DNA of 64,000 bases from NCBI GenBank assembly GCA_951406725.2, contig OX597823.1, positions 1,922,001 to 1,986,000 on the forward strand, in the 5' to 3' direction. The position numbers and the translations under genes were made by a program. Source of the stretch: Octopus vulgaris (taxonomy: Eukaryota). Positions 36,804-49,399 of the stretch are shown here, piece after piece. The notes beneath the pieces are model-generated. The model saw only the letters and a program-made list of their open reading frames with translations, was not told the origin of the DNA and made no database searches. Numbering within the stretch: position 1 is the stretch's first letter; each line of letters opens with the position of its first letter.

Positions 36804-39385
36804 TTCAACTTCCCCAACGTCAAATGGCCCGAAGGTCACATACTCTCAGGAATGAATCATTGCAAGCAAGTACAGGTGGAGTCCCTGCTCAACCTCACCA
36901 ATGCCTTATTCATGGAGCAAGTTGTACTCAAGCCAACTAGGGCGAATAACATTCTGGATCTCTGCTTCACGAACAATATGGACATCGTTCATGATGTGAA
37001 AGTGACACCGACATCAGTTTCGAATCACAACATAATAGAGCTGTCTATGTTTGGGCCAAAAGTAACCAGAGACATACAGCCTAAAGGAAGCACCCGAAAT
37101 CTCTCCAATCTGAACTTCCACAAAGCAGATTGGAAATCGATCCAAAAAGAGATCTTCAGGGAGGACTGACCGGAATGTCTCTCCACACAAGACATTGACA
37201 TGAAACTAGAATGTATCATGTCTTCTGTGCAAGGCCAAAACAGAGCACAAGGCCAAAACAAATAGGAGCAAGATTCCAAGAGACAGGAAGATCCTCATGA
37301 GACGACGGACGAAGGTTGCAAATCGTCTCAACGAACATCCCAAAAGTAGCGAAACGTCCTGCCTAAAAACAACACTGATGGAGATCGAAAAAAGGCTGCA
37401 ACAATCCTATGTGAAGGAGAAAGCAGACAAAGAAGCCTGGGTTATAAAAAACATTAAATCAAACCCAAAGGCCTTCTTTCATTACCCGAAAGAAACAGTC
37501 TCAGTGCACTACAAGATAGGACCCCTCCTCCAAAAGGATGGTTCCCTCACAGACAGTCCAACTAAGATCAGTGAGATGCTGAATGACCAGTTCAAAAGTG
37601 TCTTTACCACCCCGTTGGAACACAGACAAGTGAACGAACCAGTGGACTTCTTTGTCGCCTGACCTATAACCAGCGAGGCGGTTACAATAGAATGTATTGA
37701 CATTAGCGAAAAAGATGTCCTACTAGCCATAGATGAAGTGGACACAAACTCAGCTGCTGGTCCTGATGGTTTCCCAGCCATCCTCCTCAAAGCGTGTAAG
37801 CATGCCCTGGCAAAACCTCACAAGATTCTCTTCCAGAGCTTTCTTGCGAATGGCAAACTGCCAAGCAAGCTGAAGGAGGGAATATGTCCAATACATAAAG
37901 GGGGAAGTAGAGCAGATGCCAGAAACTATAGGCCTATCTCTCTGACTTCACACATCAGCAAAGTCATGGAAAGGATAGTCAGAAAGAAACTAATCGCATT
38001 CCTTGAGGAAAAATAACTTGCTGAGTAATACCCAGCATGGTTTTCGACCAGGTAGGAGCTGCCTGACCCAGCTCTTACAGCATTATGACTGGGTGTTGAG
38101 GCAATTACTCAACAAATCAAATGTGGACGTAATCTACCTTGATTTTGCAAAAGCTTTTGACAAGGTGGATCATGGTATGATATGCCACAAACTGCGTGAC
38201 CTCAGCATAACTGGAAAACTTGGAGTGTGGTTACAGGACTTTCTGAAAGATAGGACTCAGGCAGTAGTGGTTAATGGAGCCACCTCTATGAACACACAAA
38301 TAGTGAGCGGTGTTCCACAGGGCACTGTCTTGGGACCACTGCTTTTTATAGTGGCCCTCTCAGATATGCCCTCAAATGCCCGGATAGCCACTCTGGCCAG
38401 CTATGCAGACGATACGAAAGTCTCGCAGAAAATACAGAACCCCAGCGATGTTGCACACCTGCAGCAGGAGTTGGACTCAATCTACAGATGGGCTGAGGAT
38501 AATAATATGCAGTTTAATGCTGAAAAATTCCAGGCCCTGCGCTACCAGCATCCAAAACTGAATATTAAACTTACAGGATACACCGGTCCACAAGGAATTT
38601 CAATCCCAGAGCCTAAGTCTGTGAGGGACCTGGGTATCGACATGAGTGATGACACCTCTTTCCAAGTGCACATTACCAGGATGGCGACAAAGTGCAGACG
38701 ACTGGCTGGGTGGATCTTAAGAACATTCAGAACCAGAGATAAGGAAACCATGATGGTCTTCTGGCGGACATTCGTCCTCAGCCGCCTGGATTACTGCTCA
38801 CAGCTATGGTCACCCACCAGTGTAAAATTAACAGCGGACCTTGAAGAAATCCAGAGAAGATTCACAAAGAAGATCGTCTCTTTGCAACAGCTTAGCTACT
38901 GGGAAAGGTTGAAACAGCTAAGACTCTACTCCCTGGAGAGAAGACGGGAGAGGTATGCAGTAATATATGTCTGGAAGATCCTGGAAGGAATTGTGCCAAA
39001 TTTTGGCATTGTAAGCTACACCAATGCTAGAACGGGACGACACTGCATAGTGCCAAAGATCCCAGAAATGCCATCACGCTTCAGGACCAGCTTCTGCAAC
39101 AGCCTGGGTTTCAAGGGCTCACAGCTTTTTAATATTCTCTCAATGAGTCTGAGGAACTTGCACAAAGTAGATGTAGCGGTTTTTAAATCAAAGCTGGACA
39201 TCTTCCTGTCAAGAGTCCCAGATGAACCTACCTCACGGCAAGAGGTGCAAATGAGAGTAGCTGTATCAAACTCCATTCTTCACCAAGTGCCACATATTAG
39301 ACGAGGTTCTTCGTAATAACAGTGTAGCACAAAACGGCGGTGCATCAGCATGGCCGCAGCTCTGAGCTGAAACTAGAGAAAAAAA
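36798..39385 (+). mobile_element. CR1-group LINE ORF2 (APE remnant + RT), 5'-truncated and inactivated
   Basis: DFNFP...PTR.NNILDL (APE); NYRPISLTS, QHGFR, YLDFAKAFDKV, GVPQGTVLGP, YADDTK (RT). Stops at 37167 and 37660, frameshift near 38010; 3' UTR and A-rich tail intact. Confidence 0.95.
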
Positions 39386-39587
39386 TATATATATATATTA
39401 CTAGTCGCCATGATAGATCGTTAGCCACAACACACATTTTTTTCTCTCCTTGTTTTTTCTGTGTCCCTTTCTGCAGAACAGCGTAGGTTCGAAACGTAAA
39501 AGATTTTCCTATTCCTGACCGTTGTACTAATACATCTGCTTGTTTTGTACACCACCTGTCTTCGTCTTTTGGTTTTTCGTAAACTCT

Positions 39588-39652
<65 letters not shown>

Positions 39653-39730
39653 TGTATATGTATGTATATATATATATATGTATATGTATGTATATGTATG
39701 TATATATGTATATGTATGTTTATATATATA

Positions 39731-40100
39731 GGTTCATCCAAAACTGGGACCACGGGCCATACGTCCCCTGCCCAATTCAAGATCACAGCATACCTGTACA
39801 CAGCAACATAATTTCTTTTCCTCAACAGGCCCTGTCCTATTTAACATTGTCCCGAAAGAGATCAAAGAGGAACAGGATCCCATCAACTTTAAACGGAGTC
39901 TGGATAGATTCCTTCAAGAAATACCAGATAAGCCACCCATAATTGAATATAACTCACCCAACAAAAACTCACTACTTGAATGGACCATAAACAAAACTTG
40001 ACTTAAACAGGATTTAGATAATCCTATCAGGGGGTGCTATTAAGTTAGACATGGCCTGGACCAATCTTTGGTCGAAACATATCTAAGTTTATCTTAGTTT
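39731..40100 (+). mobile_element. 3' end of a second, divergent CR1-group LINE
   Basis: [36 protein letters not shown]...NSLLEW aligns with GSQLFNIL...FKSKLDIFLSRVPDEP...NSILHQ of the neighbouring LINE. Confidence 0.75.
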
Positions 40101-40213
40101 ATGTATATATGTATATGTATATATGTATATGTATATATGTATATGTGTATATGTGTATATGTATATGTATATGTGTATGTGTATATGTATATGTATATGT
40201 GTATGTGTATATG

Positions 40214-40288
<75 letters not shown>

Positions 40289-40350
40289 ATATATATCTAT
40301 CTTATATATCTATTTATATATATCTATCTATCTATATATATATCTATCTA

Positions 40351-40414
<64 letters not shown>

Positions 40415-40419
<5 letters not shown>

Positions 40420-40611
40420 CGCCCACCAGATGGTCCAAACCACATAGGCAAGTTTGAAGATTGCCTCACAAGAATTAAAGAAATCCTCATGAAACTGGAA
40501 CACCACGTGACCATATTTCTTATGGGTGGTTTCTACTTCCCCAACGTCAAATGGTCCAAAGGTCTCATACTCTCAGGAATGAATCATTGCAAGCAAGTAC
40601 AGGTGGAGTCC
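40415..40611 (+). mobile_element. APE endonuclease fragment of the 36798-39385 LINE family
   Basis: YRPPDG...[32 protein letters not shown]; nucleotide match to 36808-36883. Confidence 0.85.
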
Positions 40612-41199
40612 AAGTTATATCTTGATATCGCTAGTGATAGCAATACTCAAAATATATAACAGACTGGAATTGTAGGCCCGTCTCTTGCAATTTCGATCAA
40701 TTGGATCTTGTCCTCCCTCTTGTATTGAAGTGTACGGCTCCAGCGAAATTCATTTTTGGACTTTCTTCTATCGAAGGCATTTTAACAAAAATGCTTCCGT
40801 AAAGACGTGAAAATATTGTCAATTTCCCCAAACAGGGACAGAATTCAATTTTTAAACAATAACCAAAGCCCCTTCTCCAAAAGGGGGAGTGTAACGGTTT
40901 ACAATTATTTAACAAATGCAACACAACAACGTTTCCCTGACGAGGAACCAACAAATTACGAATTGTTAATACGCACACACACATAATAAGGGTGAAAACT
41001 TGAATATTAATTTGATTAATATGAATTAAAAACCAGTGGTGTAGCATATAAGACCATAGCGGATCTTCTTCTAGCAAAATGGATGACCACTGTTAATGGT
41101 TCATCCCTGTTATATAATACTTTCACTTTAATAGTTTCGGTATTAAAGTGAAAGTGTCTGCATTACAATAGAGAGATGTTTTTGTTTCACTTTTAACAC

Positions 41200-41370
41200 C
41201 TAATACTGAAATAGTGGAGAAGATATGCTATTGCTGTGGGGTCGCCGATGACACTCCCCGGACCTTAAGTAAGGCATGTGTAAAATTTGAATGAAATTGG
41301 TTGTGTAGTTCTCAAGTTTTAGGGAAACATACAGACAGACACACATTCTCAGTTTTATATATTAGAGAGA
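41200..41370 (-). mobile_element. 5' end of a non-autonomous Helitron-like repeat
   Basis: Minus strand starts TCTCTCTAATATATAAAACTGAGAATGTGTGTCTGTCTG, similar to the 5' end of 46010-46402; extent to the left is uncertain. Confidence 0.45.
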
Positions 41371-42207
41371 TAACAAGGTTGTATTAAAAGACAAGGGATT
41401 CAGGCAGAAGGCATTAGTTTCGCACCAATAAGCTGTAGGTCATAATTAGTTGTGAAAAGATTACAAAACGTAGTTGTCGTAATTACGAGAAAAATGTTTT
41501 AATTTTGTTGACAAAGGAAAATGACAGCTTCCTTTCAAATTGTTTTCAACTCAAATAGTTTTTGTCATTTGTTCCAAAATATTTCAAGCAAATGTTTTCG
41601 TTATTAGGTCAACTCTGATCTGTTCGTGCTGTAACATCCAACAAAACTCGTTGTATTGGGGGCGACCTCTTATATAAGTGTTTATTTGTTTTTTTATCTC
41701 TCTCGATGCGTTCCAGTGATCAGAAATGATACTGTGTGTGTGTATGGGTGGGTTGTATGTTTGTACATGCGTTGCCTTCTCTACCCCAACCGTCTACTTA
41801 TGTCCCTGCAGCGTCAACTCTTTCCCGATTGATCTATCATCGTAGCAATATCTCACTTAAAGATGCTGTCTGAATGTGTGGCTGTAAGACATATTGCTCC
41901 AAATTGCCTGTCGTAACCTGACGCCTTCCTTATAATGATTTTGCAGGAGTTGGCAGCGGAAATAATTCTCCAGCTTTTCCCCTGGCATATTTGCCTTCTT
42001 ACTGTCTCATATCACTAATATTACTCTCTCTCGCTCTCTCTCTCTCTCTCCCCCTACAAAACTATATCCCTCGGCTTCCTTTCCTCACCAGTGCCACTCC
42101 AATGCCACTCCATATATTTCTACACGTTTACGACAAATCAATTTTACAATTTTCTAAACTATATTTTGACTGAAACAATCACCACAATATATAAAGCATT
42201 CTGTCTT

Positions 42208-42242
<35 letters not shown>

Positions 42243-42267
42243 ATGTGTGTGTGTGTGTGTGTGTGTG

Positions 42268-44115
42268 TAGTGGTGGGCACAGCTAACCAAAATGTTAGCT
42301 TCGCAAGCGCTAAACCGCAAAGAGATGAAAAAAGAAATTAGCGGAAGATAATGCTATCTGATTACTAACGTTTTATCCTATGAATTTAGTTTCGGTTTCT
42401 TTGTTTTTGGGCTCAAAACCCCTTAAAAACAGACCTAGGCAGCTGAAATTTTCATGTTGTAGCTTAGACATTGAGCCTTCCAAAAAGGTATAGCATGCCA
42501 AGATCAGATTATGATCAAGATGTGGGCAGATAATTAAATGAACAAATGAAATTAAACATTAGTTTTTCAGTCTAAATACACTTTATTTATTGTACAAAAA
42601 GTATAAAACAAATGAGAAAAGGTATAGCATAGCACAGGTATCATGCCAAGCTCAGTTGATGATCAAGTTGTACTACTCTGGCTGGGCCGTGTCTATCACC
42701 TGAATGTGATGCTGGTTGCCCTTCATATGCATCAGCCTCTCAAAGAGTTACCATCTGACAGAGTGGTTCTCTTAGCCCTCAAAATATCTTTGCCTAAAGA
42801 GAATAGACACCCAACTGCAGAACTGGATGAGATGGTGGTGTTATACTTGTTGAACAGGTCAATGAAGACCTGCTCACCCCAAAAGGGCGACTTCTGTCAG
42901 GACCTCCTCCGAGACGGCCTCCAGCCAGGTCATCACCAAGTTCTGCACCTTGGATTTCAGTGACCTGTGGCTCCTGCTCTCCCGGAACCGAGTGATGTTG
43001 CTGAAGAAATCCTCTTCCTCATCCTCATTGCTAGTTGTGCTGCTGCCCTCATTGGTCTCCATTACGGCTGTCTCTACTGCGGTCTCCATGGCGTTCGTTA
43101 CTCTGCTAACCTGGCTGTTATTAAACAGCTCCAGTCAGAACAGGTGAAACTTGGGGTGGAAGGTAGCGGCCAGCTGGTACTCCAGGTCTTCTGGGAGAAG
43201 CCCAAACCTTCTCGTGCTGCCTGCCAGTATCACATCTACCAGGGGACTGCAGTAGAAGAGATGTCTGAACTTGGTCTCCTTCAACTTCATGACTGTAGCT
43301 GCCACAGTTGGCAGAGAGCTCCCGAGATGGGCCTGGTTCTCCCGCCGGATTTTATCCAAGGCCTTGGCAACATTAGGCATCACCTGGGCGTTCTCCGTCA
43401 GAAAGCCGACATCAGAATCAATGAAGGTCTGCTGCTTCAGCTGTGTCGTCACCCTGTTGATAGCTCCCCTATTCTTCTCTTGCAGGATCTGGAGGACAAC
43501 AGCAGTGTCATAGGTAGAGTTCCATCTGCTACAGTTGGAGACTACCAGCCACCTCTTCAACGCGTCCAGAATGTTGTCTGCCGCCACCATGTTGCAGCTC
43601 TGCAGATTCCACAACCGTTGTGCCTTGGACTTAGCCTTCCTGTAGACCGACTTGAACGAAACGCTATCAAAAGCCTTGTCGGTATCTATGCTGGCTACCA
43701 AGTTGAAGGTGTGGGCTGTGCACTTCAAGTGCACTGGCAGGTTTAGGCCCAGGCCGCTGGACTCGTCGAGGATGGCATCAACAGAGATGTACTCAACTTC
43801 GTCTACATCCTCAGCCTCGGGATCCACGTCCAGGTCCACACCCTCGAAGCCCCCATACGTTAGGATCGGCAGCAGCATCAGAAATGTGTGTCAAGAGTTC
43901 AGCTTCTGTACCAAACTGCATAAATGCCTTAACAAACCGTTGTCCGTCGGATGGAACTTGTAATGGGTATCTTGCGGATGGGATTTGTAATGCGTGTCCA
44001 CCATGGCCTGGACGAGAACATCAAAGATGTGATGTCCGCTGAGCCGAGAGCAGGCCAGGATGACGTGTTGTCTCGTGCGGGTTTTGGGGCCTAGCTAGCG
44101 TGCCGTCATCTGTAT
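42268..44115 (-). mobile_element. hAT transposon 3' portion (degenerate transposase)
   Basis: CTAHTFNL (CxxH), SRWNSTYD, ATFHPKF and dimerisation domain KYNTTISSSSAVGCLFSLGKDIL..KR..LSD. Terminus tagtggtgggcacagctaac at 42268; frameshifts and stops. Confidence 0.88.
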
Positions 44116-44215
44116 CTGTAAATAAAAAATGTTAAAGTGTGAAGAGACATACGTTGTAAAGTTAAAAACTTAAAATTATATATATATACAATACATATTT
44201 ATATATATATATACA

Positions 44216-44318
<103 letters not shown>

Positions 44319-44325
44319 TATAAAA

Positions 44326-44800
44326 TGAGATAGGGGTTGAAAATTCAACCCACCATGGGATAACATATATCCAATATACTGCTAGAGAGGTACCCAACAA
44401 GACTAATACATAGATGTTAAAAATTGCCAAGCAATTAGTTCATCTACTGTATTATGTGGGCAAAGGTAAAAATATTACCGTAAATTAATACTACAAAATT
44501 AGAAAATGGAGAAACATACTTAAATCAATAAAACATCAACCATCAGATGATACCCAATCAATACTTTATTACACCATTACATAACAGTAAAGGCATTATA
44601 CAAAATATATTGTAAATATAAATAGACAAGGAAATAGAAATATAAACTATAAAATATAATATGTAATTATATCATATCTGACAGCTGTTTCGGCAGTAAG
44701 GGCAATCATGCCTCATTTAACCTATAAGCCATAAAGGCAGGTATAAATGAGACATTAACAAGGATGCCCCACGGCCTCTTCAGAGAATTTAATTTATTAT
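44326..44800 (-). mobile_element. Non-coding hammerhead-bearing repeat (PLE pLTR/retrozyme-like)
   Basis: 44495-44700 is homologous in reverse to 46959-47185; shared terminal hairpin gataggggttg.aaattcaaccc; abuts (TA)n. Right boundary uncertain. Confidence 0.6.
44677..44786 (-). ncRNA. Type I hammerhead ribozyme motif with an 85-nt branched stem II
   Basis: UCU|CUGAAGA|GGC...GCC|GAAA|C-AGCU-G|UC^AGA. Full conserved core, palindromic stem III (ACAGCUGU), inner 12-bp helix AUGUCUCAUUUA/UAAAUGAGGCAU. Confidence 0.8.
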
Positions 44801-45479
44801 AATTGTGAAAAAATTTTTTATCCATATACATATAAATATAAAAATGTAAAATATAAAAACTTGTGCATAAACTCCATATTGCTACACATATATATATATA
44901 CTCATTGATACAATAATGCAAGATAAACAAAACAAAATAAAACAAAATATATATCAGTATATATAATAATATTAATAAGCACAGTTATTTTACATATTTG
45001 GCCAATAGTTCTAAAAACTAACACATAGGAAAATATATGCGCACTACTATTTAAATTAAAATCAGACCTATACCTGAAAAGTAATAAAAAACCATAGTTC
45101 AGTTCATAAAATTATAAACCTTTAAAAGTCAATAAAAATTACTATTAATATTAATAATAATAATAATAATAATAGATACAGTTATGTCCGCAGCAAGTAC
45201 ATCCTTCCAAAATCGACATATCTATGAGTTTGGTTATTCCGTCCGCTTGATATTGATTATTCAAGATTAATTCGATTGGCTTATAGTTTGAAATTTGAAT
45301 CACAAAAGAAATTTTACGGTTAGTTAGTCAAGAAACGCACATACGCACACGTACATCCACAGATCAATCGCACATACATACATAATAATATGTATACACA
45401 CACACATACACTTATACACATACATATCCACAAACAACTTCTAGCACATAGATAAATAAATAAGAGAGGAATAATCCCA

Positions 45480-45539
<60 letters not shown>

Positions 45540-46009
45540 GGATATGTTAACCTCGCGAAGTATTGATTCAATACTTAGCATTGTTGGGGAATGAAATTCC
45601 CCGAAAACAGTAGGTATATATTAAGCATATAGTTTATATTCAGTTAAAAGAAGAGAAAAAAAATGGAGATAAGGAAGTTAACAATTACTTAGTATGAACA
45701 TATTGGTCATCTCGGCTTCTTACAACCTTTTCAATTAATACTCAATAATTCAATTACAAATTTGTACATTAAATTTACATTTATGTGACATGAGCATAAT
45801 TTCATCAAAGAAAAAACGATGCAATTTGAGATGTTAAAAGTGGGTCAACCAATTAATTTCAGCGGACTGTGAACATTTCGGTTTATTATTAGATGCTCGG
45901 GTGAAGGGTTTACAGATTGATTAGAATTTGATTAGGGACGAAGTAAAATAAAGTAAAAATGGAAATGATTGAGAAAAGAGAAACATAAATAAGGTAAATT
46001 TATAGTCAA

Positions 46010-46402
46010 CTAGCAGTATCGCTTGGCGTTGCTCGGGTTTGTTTCGACCCTTTAGAATTGGAATTTTTGAAAAGTAAAAATTTTGCATTATGTAGCTTGT
46101 TATTCTCTTTAGGTGAACATTTTTCTGGTTGAAATACACCAAAAAATGGCGACACAGCACTCAAAAAATCATAAAAAATGGGGATTTTCATAGAACCCCC
46201 CCCTTTTTTTATGTAAATAATTTTTGGTGTTAACATGGTCCGATTTGAATTTTTTATTCTACGGAAGGAAGAGCAAGTCTTCTTCTATCATACTCTCAAT
46301 TTTGGTCAACTTGCGCCGCAGGGTCTCGGAGGAGATAGTGTTAATTGAAGGCTACCAAACCTGCCACACACAGACAACTTCAGCTTCATATATATATAGA
46401 GA
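46010..46402 (-). mobile_element. Non-autonomous Helitron
   Basis: Minus strand begins TC(TCTATATATAT...) and ends with a GC-rich subterminal segment and CTAG|T. A related 3' end lies at about 32506-32531. Confidence 0.7.
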
Positions 46403-46859
46403 CTAGCTGGACCTGTGAAAAATGCATGGAAAATATAAAAAATGTAAGTATCTATAAATTGTGTGCTGGTGCCATGAGTAATGTCTCAATATTGTGACAC
46501 AGAATATAGAAAGAAGTGTAAAACTGATAACTATATACTCAACCAAAATATCTCAGTGACGCAAACATAAACAGAATTACTATTTAGACTTAAAATACAT
46601 CGTACATATTTAAAGAGCCTTCTTGGTTTAGTGGTTCGGAACGTTCTTCTGGTATTTTTTTCTTCTTTTACTTGTTTCAGTCATTTGACAGTGGCCATGC
46701 TGAAGCACCACCCTTTAATTGAAGAAATCGACCACCTGGACTTATTCCCTGTAAGCCTGGTGCTTATTCTATCGGTTACTTCTGCCGAACAGCTAAGTTA
46801 CGGGGATGCAAACACACCAACATCGGTTGCCAGGCAATAGCAGTGGGACGGACAAACAT

Positions 46860-46926
<67 letters not shown>

Positions 46927-46930
46927 AATT

Positions 46931-47185
46931 AAGATAGGGGTTGCAAATTCAACCCTATGGCCGAAACAGCTGTAAGATATAGTGTATATTTATATTTATA
47001 TCCATTTTTATTTATTTATATCCTCTTATAATGATTGTACCTATTGTATTGTATTACTCATTCATGTACGCTGTTTTGTTTAACCTTAATGTTCTTATGT
47101 AGTGGTTCAATAAAGTATGTGATTGGGTATTATCTGGTAGTTGATTAATGATTTAGATGTATTTCTCCATTTTCTGATTTTGTAT
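46931..47185 (+). mobile_element. Truncated, rearranged copy of the hammerhead-bearing repeat
   Basis: GGCCGAAACAGCTGTAAGATAT (3' half of the ribozyme) fused to an inverted terminal hairpin; (TA)n on both sides. Confidence 0.6.
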
Positions 47186-47666
47186 ATATATATATATGAC
47201 GGGTTTCTTCCAGTTTCCGTCCACCAAATTCACTCACGAGGCTTTGTTCGTCCCGCGGTTATAGTAGAAGACACTCTCTAAAGTATAGAGCTGGATTTCG
47301 TGTACCCACCTGTTGGTAATTTTTCCCCCACCCATTTTGTAAGGGGTTTTACCCATTTTTCGGGGCTCTTTTCACAGCTATACCCCGTTCGAAATTTGCA
47401 TTAGTTTTTGTTAAAAAAAAAAAAGCGGAAGGGAGTGGGGCTTTGTTGGTAGTTTGTAGAGAAAACGTTAAACATGCATGAAAAAAGTCTTTCCCCCTCA
47501 ACACGAAGAACTTTGAGAGGAGGCGAATAAGTACCGGGGGAGGGGGAAAGAAGAGAGAACCAACACTCGAACGTTCTAGAACTCCCAGAATAAAAACGAA
47601 AACACCTGAAAGACTTTCCCTCTTTCCATTACTAAATGTCTTTCCCTCTTTTTCATTGTTAAAAGT

Positions 47667-48057
47667 GGGTGGAAGCACTCCGTCGGTTACGACGACGAGG
47701 GTTCCGGTTGATCCGAATCAACGGAACAGCCTGCTCGTGAAATTAACGTGTAAGTGGCTGAGTACTCCACAGACGCGTGTACCCTTAACGTAGTTCTCAG
47801 GGATATTCACCGTGACACAGAGAGTGACAAGGCCGGCCCTTTGAAAATACAGGTACAACAGAAACAGGAAGTAAGAGTGAGAGAAAGTTGTGGTGAAAGA
47901 GTACAGCAGGGATCACCACCATCCCCTGCCGGAGCCTCGTGTAGCTTTTAGGTGTTTTTGCTCAATAAACACTCACAACGCCCGGTCTGGGAATCGAAAC
48001 CGCGATCCTACGACCGCGAGTCCGCTGCCCTAACCACTGGGCCATTGCGCCTCCTCA
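47667..48057 (-). mobile_element. Full-length young tRNA-derived SINE with a 12-bp TSD
   Basis: Head GGCGCAATGGCCCAGTGGTTAGGGC...GTTTCGATTCCC (A/B boxes); TSD attgttaaaagt at 47655-47666 and 48058-48069. Confidence 0.9.
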
Positions 48058-49399
48058 ATTGTTAAAAGTAAAGAAGCGAGAAAAGATCGATCGTATTTCA
48101 GTCTGTCATTTTAAATGACTGACATATTCCTTTGTCTCTGTCGCTTCACACTTTTCCCTGCGGTTAAGAAAGTGACGTTGCGTGGCTCCGTGGTTAGGGG
48201 TATTCGGCCCACGATCGTAAAGTCATGTGTACGATTCTTTGCGGTGCACTGTGTTCTTGAGCAAGATACTCTACTTCACCTTGCTGCAGTCCACTCAGTT
48301 GGTAAAGATGAGTTGTTGCTGTAATTCAAAGGGACCAGCCTTGTCGCATTCTGTGTGACGGTGACAGACAGACAGAATATATATATATGAGAGAAAACTG
48401 GCAAAAAGTGACATGATTGACCACAAGCGAACCAACAATTAAAGGCGTTCCACCCATGACTACCTCATTTTGCAGATATCTAAAACTACTTTATTTACTG
48501 TATCCCTCTGATGACGATTTGACTTCTATTTTTAGCAGCCACTTTGCTACGCCCTTATTAGCCCGATCGGAAGGTATGAATGAGGAAAGTGAGTAGGAGG
48601 AAGGAAAATGCGGACACGGCATGAGATTGGCTGAGAGAGAGTGGGAGAGTGGGAATGAGTGGGAGTATAAGTGTTGAAAGGGAGTGTTGAGTGAGAGGTG
48701 AGTGACGAGACATAACAGTGAGAAAGAGATAGAAAAAGGTAGGTTAAAGAAATTAGTGATAGTGTGAGGGAGTTTATATGAGATAAAGTGAAAGGGGCAG
48801 AGTTATTATATACGTGACTTTATGAAAGAATTAACGAGAGGAGGAGAATAGTGGGAGAGAGGGAGAAGATAAACAGAGAGAGTGAGAGAGAAGCGCAAAT
48901 AAAAATGGAGAGAGAGAAAAGAGAAATGCGGAAGGAGGAAAAAGGAAAGTGACGGAGTGTGAGAGAGAAAGAGAATAAAAGCGAAGAGAGAGAGAGAGAT
49001 AAAGAATATGATGCGCTGATGGTGAGAATCATGGATATAGAATTGTGTGTGGGTGTGTGTGTGTGTGCGTGCGTGTGTGTCTGTATGTGTGTGTGCGTGT
49101 GTTTATTATTAATGACAAGGTAAGTTGATGTGGTGAATGCATTTGGCTAAACAGCGACATCAGTTCTTTGTCGAATCCCGCGAACAATTTTACACTCGAC
49201 TCTTTTTTAACCTGGCAGCAGAGGAGGAAGAAGAAGAGAAAGAGAAAGAGAAAGAGAAGAAGAAGAAGCAAATTCTCTTCTCCCTCGTTCTTTCCTTACT
49301 TGCTTGCTTTCTCTTTCTTTCTTTCTTCCTTTCTTCTTCTCTTCATACATTCATTATTCTTTCTTTCTTCATTATCTTCTCTCCCCCTCTCTCTCTCTC

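Noticed and set aside
38003-39316. 437-aa RT ORF as an active or domesticated gene
   Set aside because: Part of a 5'-truncated LINE with upstream stops and a frameshift; it has no proper start.
42967-43746. 259-aa plus-strand ORF
   Set aside because: Antisense shadow of the GC-rich hAT transposase on the minus strand; no recognisable motif.
47985-48052. tRNA-like sequence with A and B boxes
   Set aside because: It is the head of a SINE bounded by a TSD, not a tRNA gene.
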